Assembly: GCA_963662615.2 (NCBI GenBank)
Contig: CAXXSR010000001.1
Coordinates: forward strand, 1-64,000
Direction: 5' to 3'
Length of the DNA: 64,000 nucleotides
DNA from: Dehalococcoidia bacterium
GTDB lineage: Bacteria; Chloroflexota; Dehalococcoidia; Bin125
The notes under the pieces are model-generated. The model was not told the origin of the DNA and searched no databases. It saw only the letters and a list, made by a program, of their open reading frames with translations. How positions within the stretch are numbered: position 1 is the stretch's first letter; each line of letters opens with the position of its first letter. This document shows positions 57,334-64,000 of the stretch, piece by piece. The position numbers were made by a program, and so were the translations under genes.

Positions 57334-58299
57334 TCAATACCACTTGGCTTTGTCCACCACGTTGATGAACTCTCGGCCGTCGACCAGTCGGCGCGCGTTT
57401 TCCACAATGATGGCGAAACGGCGTTCGGAGATGTCCTCGGCACCCGCCACGATGGCGATATGGGGCGTAATCAATACGTTTTCCATCTGCCAGAGGCGAT
57501 GGCCCTCCGGCAGCGGCTCGATCTCGAACACATCCAGTCCGGCACCGGCGATCTCACCCTTCTCGAGCGCATCGACAAGATCGTCGAGTTTCGCGGTCAT
57601 ACCGCGCCCAACGTTAATGAAGTACGCCGTGCGCTTCATCGCCAGGAATCGCGGTGCATCCCACATCCCTTCGGTCTCGGGCGTGTGCGGCGCCGTTGTG
57701 ACAACGAAATCTGCCTCTGGCAAACGACGATCGAGCTGGTCTGGTGCCACGATCCAGGCTGGGGAATCCCGCTCTGGCCTTGGATCGACCCCGATAACGC
57801 GCGCGTTCAGGGCGGCGCAGATCCGCGCCGTTTCCGCTCCGATGCCACCGACGCCGTTGATGAGGACCGTGGAACCGGAGAGGCTCACGTATCCCCGCTT
57901 GTGTGCCTGTTGGTCCCAGCGGCCCTCGGTTTGGGCCGCGCTCCAATACGGCAGGCCACGCGACAAGGCCAGCATGAACATGAGGATGTGCTGCGCGATG
58001 TGATCGGAGTAGATCCCGCGCGGGTTGCACACGGTAACCGGGTGATCGGTCAGTGCTGGATAGAAATAGCCGGGCGCGGGTCCCGCGGCCGGACTCTGCA
58101 ACAGGCGCAGGCGCTCGACGGTGGGGAGGACGGTCGGCGGCAGCCGGCCGTAGGCGCCATCGGCGTCGACGAGTTCCCGGGCGGCAACAGCGTCATCGTC
58201 CGCGACGATCACCTCGAGCCGCGGGACGGCATCGGCGAGACGTTGCGCCCACTGCCGCATCAAGTCGTCGACCGGCGGCAAGAAGACATACTTGGGCAT
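57334..58299 (-). CDS. D-2-hydroxyacid dehydrogenase
   Basis: GVGGIG, PHTPET, FINVGRG, GAGLDVFEIEPLP, ITPH. Confidence 0.94.
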   Translation of the reverse strand: MPKYVFLPPVDDLMRQWAQRLADAVPRLEVIVADDDAVAARELVDADGAYGRLPPTVLPTVERLRLLQSPAAGPAPGYFYPALTDHPVTVCNPRGIYSDHIAQHILMFMLALSRGLPYWSAAQTEGRWDQQAHKRGYVSLSGSTVLINGVGGIGAETARICAALNARVIGVDPRPERDSPAWIVAPDQLDRRLPEADFVVTTAPHTPETEGMWDAPRFLAMKRTAYFINVGRGMTAKLDDLVDALEKGEIAGAGLDVFEIEPLPEGHRLWQMENVLITPHIAIVAGAEDISERRFAIIVENARRLVDGREFINVVDKAKWY

Positions 58300-58387
58300 G
58301 GTAATTCTCCCGAACGCGGATCATTGACCGTCTGGGCATCATCGTTGGGGAATCCTGGCTTGTCCAGAGTTCGGCCTGCGACGATGA

Positions 58388-58660
58388 ATGCCGACCGGGG
58401 AGTGGAGGCACGGGACGGCCGGCCGTAGAGGAGGCTGGCTGAGCGCCAGGAAGGCGGCGCTGGCACGCGACGATATCTTCTTCGCTTTCACGGCCAAGGG
58501 CACGGTCGAACACATCGAGCAACTCTTCCGTACGGCCAAGGATCGTGGCTACGACGTCTTCATCTCCCCCCACTACTACTACCCCACCGACTACGGCTGG
58601 AGATTCGGCGGCACCGTCGCGAACCGAGTTCGGCTTGCAGAGCCGGAACCCTGCGTATAG
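58388..58660 (+). pseudogene. probable C-terminal gene fragment of unknown family
   Basis: Protein-like only from about DDIFFAFT to the end, coding-like codon usage. Confidence 0.4.
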
Positions 58661-58699
58661 CATCGGGCTCCGGAAAGACGAGCCTAGGAGGGGGAACCG

Positions 58700-59359
58700 A
58701 TGTCTCTACGAATCAACGACGTAGCGCCGGACTTCACGGCAGAGACGACCGAGGGAACGATCAGCTTCCACGACTGGATTGGTGACGGCTGGGCGATGCT
58801 CTTCTCGCATCCGAAGGACTTCACGCCGGTGTGCACCACCGAACTCGGGGCGGTTGCGGGCCTCAAGCCCGAGTTCGAGAAGCGCAACTGTAAGATCATC
58901 GGCATCAGCGTGGACAGGGTGAGCGATCACGAAGCGTGGTCGCAGGACATTGCGGACTCGCAGGGGCACGCGCTCAACTATCCGCTGATCGGCGATCCGA
59001 GCTTGGAGGTCGTCAAGCTCTTCGACATGTTGCCGGCGGATGCGGGGGACACCTCGGAGGGGCGCACGGCGGCTGACAACGCGACCGCGCGGTCCGTGTT
59101 CATCATCGGCCCCGACAAGCGGATCAAGTCGACGTTGACGTATCCGATGACCACGGGCCGCAACTTCGCCGAGATCCTGCGGCTGCTCGATTCGATCCAG
59201 CTCACGGCGCGAGAGCAGGTCGCCACGCCGGCGAACTGGGAGCAGGGTGACGACGTGATCATCGTGCCCTCCGTGTCCGATGCGGCCGCTGCCGAGAAGT
59301 ATCCGGGTGGGTGGAAGTCGCCCCTCTCCTATCTCAGACTGGTCAAACAACCAGATTAG
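58700..59359 (+). CDS. 1-Cys peroxiredoxin (Prx6)
   Basis: FSHPKDFTPVCTTE, YPMTTGRNF, ATPANW. Confidence 0.96.
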   Translation: MSLRINDVAPDFTAETTEGTISFHDWIGDGWAMLFSHPKDFTPVCTTELGAVAGLKPEFEKRNCKIIGISVDRVSDHEAWSQDIADSQGHALNYPLIGDPSLEVVKLFDMLPADAGDTSEGRTAADNATARSVFIIGPDKRIKSTLTYPMTTGRNFAEILRLLDSIQLTAREQVATPANWEQGDDVIIVPSVSDAAAAEKYPGGWKSPLSYLRLVKQPD

Positions 59360-59511
59360 GGAAGCGACGGCGAGCGCTGGTTTGAAGTCCCCGAATCGCG
59401 CAGGCGGCGCGGTCGGTCAGCGACGATCGGACTCGCTGTCGGTACCGACTACGGCCCGTGACCGGCTAAACCTTCCGCAGAACCGCTCTGTATTGCGCGC
59501 GACCGGCGACG

Positions 59512-60636
59512 TGTGGTGTTTCAAAACCCCATCACGCCGCCTCCCAGAAGTACTCATGACGTAAGCTGCCGAGAATCGGCCGGCTTGTCAGGCGCTACGC
59601 CCCGCCGCGTCGCGCCGGCGGCCGCGGACCGGTGGGCGGTTCGTCGCCAAGAAACTGGTGTGGACGGGTGTCGTTGTAGGAGGAGACGTACTCGCGGAGC
59701 ACGCGCCGGAGATGCCGTTCCGTCAGCACGATGACATGGTCCAGACATTCCCGCCGCAGCGTGCCGATCACCCGCTCCGCGATGGCGTTGGCCTTGGGGG
59801 CTCGCACTGGGGTCAAGACCGTTGCGATCCCCAGTGCCGCCGCTCGTGGCACGAAGTCGCCACCGTAGTTCCGATCCCGGTCGCGGATCAGAAAGCGCGG
59901 ATGCCGATTCCACGGCGTGGCGGCGATGATCTGCCGCCAGACCCAAGGGGCCGTAGGGTGCGCGGTCACGTTCCAATGCATGATGCGCCGGCGGTCGTGA
60001 CTGATCAGGAAGAAGACATGACGGTCTTGAACGTGAGCGTCTGCACGGTGAAGAAGTCCGCCGCCCAGATCTCCGGCGCATGGAGCCGGAGGAAGGTGCG
60101 CCAGGTGGGCGACGGTGCCGGCGTGGTCCCGCGATAGCGATACACTGTGGCGGCACTCACTGAGTGCCCCAGCACGGCCAATTCGGCCACGATGCGGCGC
60201 ACGCCCCACGTGGGGTTCTCGACTGCCAGCCGATCAATAAGGGAGCGCGTCTCGAGACCGATCCGCGCCCGGCCTGGCCGCCCGCCCCGACTCTTCCAGC
60301 GCCAATATCGGCGCCAGGCAAACCGGTGCCACCCGATCACGGTCGCCGGTTGGACGAGGTGCAGATGCACACGCCACGCGACCCAGTGCCGAGCCGTGAC
60401 CGACCAGAACCGGCGGTCGCGGGTCTGGAGCCGCGGTCGACGTCCGGACCGTTCCCAGACCGCCAGCTGCTGCCGGAGAATCAGATTCTCCAGGATCAGA
60501 TCGCGGCGCCGGCGGCCAAGAATCCCCAGCCCGATTAGAAAGAGTCGCCAATAGATCCACATCGCCCTACCTCCGATGGCGAGGTTCTAGGCCGGACGCC
60601 ACTCGATCAAGCCAGACCGAGTTTTGAAACACCACA
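59512..60636 (-). mobile_element. IS481-like insertion sequence, inactive
   Basis: Perfect terminal IRs TGTGGTGTTTCAAAAC / GTTTTGAAACACCACA around an integrase-core transposase; no target duplication. Confidence 0.85.
59532..60562 (-). pseudogene. integrase-core (rve) transposase with a frameshift near 60020 and in-frame TAG at 59595-59597
   Basis: ENPTWG, ADFFTV, LIRDRD, ANAIAER.IGTLRRECLD, YN..RPHQ; ILGSLRHEY follows the stop in frame. Confidence 0.88.
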
Positions 60637-60638
60637 CG

Positions 60639-60737
60639 CACCGCTTCCGGCACACCTTCGCGACCTGGGCGATCGAGAACCACGCCCGCGATCTGGACGT
60701 GCAGTACCTGCTCGCCACCAAGGACGCTGCCGGCTGA
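60639..60737 (+). pseudogene. tyrosine integrase C-terminal fragment, copy 1
   Basis: HRFRHTFATWAIENHARDLDVQYLL, then a deletion to the same terminal AAG* as copy 2. Confidence 0.8.
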
Positions 60738-60802
60738 TCTTCGGCTTCCCAAGCAGGTGCCCAAGCTATGAACGCCAGCGCGTCGTCACTCCCGCGCGCT
60801 GG

Positions 60803-62035
60803 CTACCGGGCGCTGTTGTCGGCGCCGTATAGGTAGAGTTCCTCACCGGCGAGTGTGGCCTTGGTCCAGGCGTCGAAATCGTCGGGGCTCATGGTCCCCC
60901 AATCCGGCGTCTGTTCCACCTGCGCGCGCCCGATTCGCCGGCCCATCGCGACGAGGGCGGTTCCGGCCGCCGCCCGCTCCGCGTCGTATGCCGCGAGGAG
61001 AGACTCCCAGTCGCGATGCTCACCTGCCAGTCGTTCCAGGGTCAGCGCGTCCTGGAAGGCCTTGGTGGCGCCACTGGCGGTGTGGGGCCGAGTCACGGTG
61101 CCGGCGTCACCGATGAGCATCACTCTGCCGTGGACGTAGGTGTCGACGGCCTCGTCGTAGATCGGCTGGATCGACACCTCCGCGGGCGGACTCGCTCGCA
61201 CCAGTGCCTGCAGTTCGGCGGGGAAGTGATCGGACAGGATCCGGTCGAGATGCCCGTAGAGAGCGTCGTCCACCTGGCCGGGCGGCAGGGAGGAGGGCTC
61301 GCTGAAGTCGAGCCCGGCGGGTTGGGGCGCGTAGATGGCCCAGTTGACCCGGCGATGGCTGGGATCGGATCGATCGTCGAAGTTCGGGATCATGTAGAGG
61401 ATGCCGTGGCCGCCGGCGAAACACACGGTGTACCACGCGGCGGCCGGATCGGCCCGCTCAATGGCGGCCCGGTCCTCGAGCCGAGACTCGGGGTAGTTGC
61501 CCCGCCACAGGACGTACCCCGCGTAGCTGGGCCGCGAGTCAGGGTGGAGCTGCTGTCGCACCGTCGAGCGGTATCCGTCGGCGCCGACCAGGACGTCGAA
61601 CGACTGGACTGTGCCGTCGGAGAAGGTGGCGGTCACTCCGTCGGGCCGAGGCTCGAGCGCCACGAGCGTCATGCCGTCGTGGTAGATCGCATCGTCGACG
61701 TGGCGACGCAGCGATCGCCAGAGGACGCCCCAGTTGTTCATTACGGCGTGCCCGGGCTGACGCCACAGCCGTCGTCCCGCGGGGGTGCCGTCGGCGAGGA
61801 TCCACCAGCGCTCCCGTATTCGACACGACGGGTAGCCCGATGCCAGATAGCCGGCTTCCACGAGCTGGTCGCGAAGAGGGATTGGGATAATGATCCCTGA
61901 GCCGCGGTCCCGCAGCATCCCGCTCGAGCGTTCGAAGACCTCGACGTCGCAATCGGCCCGCTGCAACGCCAGCGTTGCCGCGCATCCGGCGATGCTGCCG
62001 CCGATCACCGCGACTCGGCTGCCCGTGACCTCCAT
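60803..62035 (-). CDS. FAD-dependent monooxygenase (2,6-dihydroxypyridine 3-monooxygenase-like)
   Basis: GGSIAG, VGADG..S.VR, YAGYVLWRG, NW, IGDAGTVTRPHTASGATKA. Confidence 0.9.
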   Translation of the reverse strand: MEVTGSRVAVIGGSIAGCAATLALQRADCDVEVFERSSGMLRDRGSGIIIPIPLRDQLVEAGYLASGYPSCRIRERWWILADGTPAGRRLWRQPGHAVMNNWGVLWRSLRRHVDDAIYHDGMTLVALEPRPDGVTATFSDGTVQSFDVLVGADGYRSTVRQQLHPDSRPSYAGYVLWRGNYPESRLEDRAAIERADPAAAWYTVCFAGGHGILYMIPNFDDRSDPSHRRVNWAIYAPQPAGLDFSEPSSLPPGQVDDALYGHLDRILSDHFPAELQALVRASPPAEVSIQPIYDEAVDTYVHGRVMLIGDAGTVTRPHTASGATKAFQDALTLERLAGEHRDWESLLAAYDAERAAAGTALVAMGRRIGRAQVEQTPDWGTMSPDDFDAWTKATLAGEELYLYGADNSAR

Positions 62036-62388
62036 CGCTGTCCCGTCGGTTCGTCTACGCCGTACCCTTATCCAAAGTGGGCCCACCGCGATCGACGCGG
62101 CCAAGCCGCCTTCCTCAGCACCGCGGTTCTAGGCTCTTTTTGAGAGCGATCCTAGGTAGGCTTGAATTTTGCACGCGCCTGTCCGACATAGATTTCGACA
62201 CGCGGTCGCTGTTCCCCCATCATCTCATTTCTCCGCACTTGGTTCTCGCAGGCACACGCCGAGTCCGATGCGGAAGAGGCTCGCCTGTGCCGGCCCAAAT
62301 TCCCATCCGGGTAACCGATGACCGCCGGGCGCGGACTCCGACCCGGATTTAGACCGCAAGATCTGAACAGATGTAGTAATATTGCCCC

Positions 62389-62465
62389 TGTGGTGTCTCA
62401 AAACCCCATCCCCATCCGGTAGCGTGCGCGTCGGCTGACCACGGTTGGAATTGAGGGAGACCACA
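62389..62465. mobile_element. 77-bp non-autonomous mini-element with 5-bp target duplication
   Basis: Begins TGTGGTGTCTCAAAACCCCATC (one mismatch to the IS end at 59512), ends GAGACCACA, flanked by GCCCC on both sides. Confidence 0.7.
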
Positions 62466-62560
62466 GCCCCTCGACGCGGCTCACCGATCGAGTAGCGCCC
62501 CATTGCCGCCAGCCCCTACCAGCCGGGCTCGAGATCGAGCCAGCGCACCCGCGGGCCGGC

Positions 62561-62776
62561 GTGCACGCCAACCCCCATCGCTTCCGGCACACCTTCGCGA
62601 CCTGGGCGATCGAGAACCATGCCCGCGAGCTCGACGTGCAGTACCTGCTCGGCCACTCGACCGCGGCGATGGTGCGGCGCTATTCCGCCACCTACGATGC
62701 CGCGAAGGCGGCGGATGCGCATGCGGCATTCAGTCCGGCCGCGCGGCTCCTCGCAGGTGGGAACGCTGCCGGTTGA
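62561..62776 (+). pseudogene. tyrosine integrase C-terminal fragment, copy 2
   Basis: PHRFRHTFA (HxxR), LLGH, MVRRY catalytic Tyr; N-terminal part absent. Confidence 0.88.
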
Positions 62777-62801
62777 TCCCCTGCTCTCCAAGCAGAAGGT
62801 C

Positions 62802-62925
62802 GCGATCGAGAACACGGTTGCGAGCTGGACGTTCAGTACCTTCTGGGCCACTCCACCTCGGCGTTGGTCGGCGGTACTCCCTGACCGACGCCGCCGCCAA
62901 GGCCGCCGAAGCGCACAGCGCCTTC
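62802..62925 (+). pseudogene. tyrosine integrase C-terminal fragment, copy 3 (frameshifted)
   Basis: AIEN / ELDVQYLLGHSTSALV / AAKAAEAHSAF readable across frames. Confidence 0.75.
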
Positions 62926-63163
62926 GACACAAGGGCGGGGCCGGCATGAGAGCCGTCGGTTGCGGAACGGTGTGACACGTAGCGACTGGCACTTGCCGGC
63001 TGGCGCGTCTACGATAACCACGTCGAAACGTGACAACCTCGGGGCTTGAGAAGTCTCCCACCAAGTCTCGCGCGACGTAATCACTAGCGAACCCCTTGAA
63101 CTTTGTTGGGGCTGCCCGGGCTGACTGGGTACGTCCAGCAGCGATTATCCGGAGAGATTCTTC

Positions 63164-64000
63164 ATGTCATTCGATACGCTCGGCCTGCGCGCCGAGCTCC
63201 TGCGAGCGATCCGGGATCAAGGCTATGCCACTCCCACCCCCGTGCAGGAACGCGCAATTCCGCCGATCCTTGCGGGCCGCGATCTGATGGCCGCGGCCCA
63301 GACGGGAACGGGAAAGACGGCGGCCTTCACGCTGCCATTGTTGCAACGATTGATGACCAACGACCGTAGCGGCCGGCAGCCAGTGCGCGCGTTGGTAGTG
63401 GTACCAACGCGGGAACTCGCCGTACAGGTCAGGGAAAGCATTCGTATCTATGGCAGGCACCTGCCCCTGAGGAGCATCGCGATCTTCGGGGGCGTCGGGA
63501 TCCAACCGCAGATTTCCACCCTGCGCCGAGGGGTCGACGTTGTGATCGCCACGCCGGGGCGCCTGCTCGAGCATGCGCAGCAAGGCACCGTGGATCTGGC
63601 GAACGTTGAGGTATGTGTGCTGGATGAAGCCGATCGCATGCTGGACATGGGGTTCCTTCCGGATGTCCGGCGCGTTTTGGCGCTGCTGCCGAAGCGCCGA
63701 CAGAATTTGTTGTTTGGCGCGACTCTTTTCGGCGAGATCGCAAAGTTCGCTGAAGGCCTGCTGCACGACCCGGAATTCGTCAGCGTGGTGCCTCGCAACG
63801 TCGCGGCCGAGAGCGTGGAGCAGCTCGTCTACCGCGTGGACACCAAGCGGAAGCCCGCCCTGCTCGCCGAACTCTTCGGGGCTGAGGGATGGGACCAAGT
63901 GCTGGTCTTCACTCGCACCAAGCATCGCGCCAACCTGGTGGCCACGGACCTCAGAGCCGCCGGCATCAAGGCGGAGGCGATCCACGGAAATAAGAGCCAG
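63164..64000 (+). CDS. rhlE: DEAD-box RNA helicase, RhlE-like (runs off the window)
   Basis: MSFDTLGL, PTPVQ, AQTGTGKT, PTRELA, TPGRL, LDEADRMLDMGF; absent from the ORF track because it has no stop in the window. Confidence 0.92.
   Translation, partial: MSFDTLGLRAELLRAIRDQGYATPTPVQERAIPPILAGRDLMAAAQTGTGKTAAFTLPLLQRLMTNDRSGRQPVRALVVVPTRELAVQVRESIRIYGRHLPLRSIAIFGGVGIQPQISTLRRGVDVVIATPGRLLEHAQQGTVDLANVEVCVLDEADRMLDMGFLPDVRRVLALLPKRRQNLLFGATLFGEIAKFAEGLLHDPEFVSVVPRNVAAESVEQLVYRVDTKRKPALLAELFGAEGWDQVLVFTRTKHRANLVATDLRAAGIKAEAIHGNKSQ

Larger units (their letters stand above)
55412..62925. mobile_element. decayed integrative element/genomic island
   Basis: tRNA fragment, arm-like repeats, three integrase remnants, IS remnant, truncated genes; right boundary uncertain. 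Confidence 0.6.

Noticed and set aside
59511-62410. GTTTCAAAAC-like sequences as CRISPR repeats
   Set aside because: Three dispersed copies, two inverted around a transposase; no regular spacers or cas genes
63167-63985. 272-aa minus-strand ORF
   Set aside because: Antisense shadow of the DEAD-box helicase
1-64000. Many Arg/Pro/Ala-rich overlapping ORFs in the track
   Set aside because: Typical alternate-frame artefacts of high-GC DNA overlapping well-supported genes

Overview
High-GC bacterial window. The gene set (F420-dependent LLM oxidoreductases, CaiB CoA-transferase, thiolase/DUF35, mandelate racemase family, NHL/PAL-like protein, Sec-type SelD, archease+RtcB) suggests a Chloroflexota/Dehalococcoidia (SAR202- or Tepidiforma-like) genome; this is inference only. 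Layout: (1) 1-5 kb, a disrupted ECF-sigma region around an IS3-family element with no target duplication; (2) 5-55 kb, mostly housekeeping and catabolic genes (rpsU, recF, selD, HU, bcp, xth, Lon-type protease, HemQ-like, trmH, rtcB) plus a poorly understood envelope cluster (CapA, alpha/alpha-barrel protein, MarC, HTTM, partner, DCC thioredoxin); (3) about 55.4-63 kb, a decayed island with a tRNA 3' fragment, arm-like repeats, three tyrosine-integrase C-terminal remnants, a dead IS481-like element and a 77-bp TGT..ACA mini-element with a 5-bp target duplication; then a DEAD-box helicase running off the end. Best-supported hidden signals: selD read through an in-frame UGA with a SECIS hairpin, an 8-bp repeat frameshifting an O-methyltransferase, IS3 orfA/orfB in one frame across a UGA, and a candidate 6S RNA. 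The best candidate for an undescribed system is the HTTM/DCC/CapA cluster, which remains a hypothesis. All calls come from reading motifs by eye; no searches were run.
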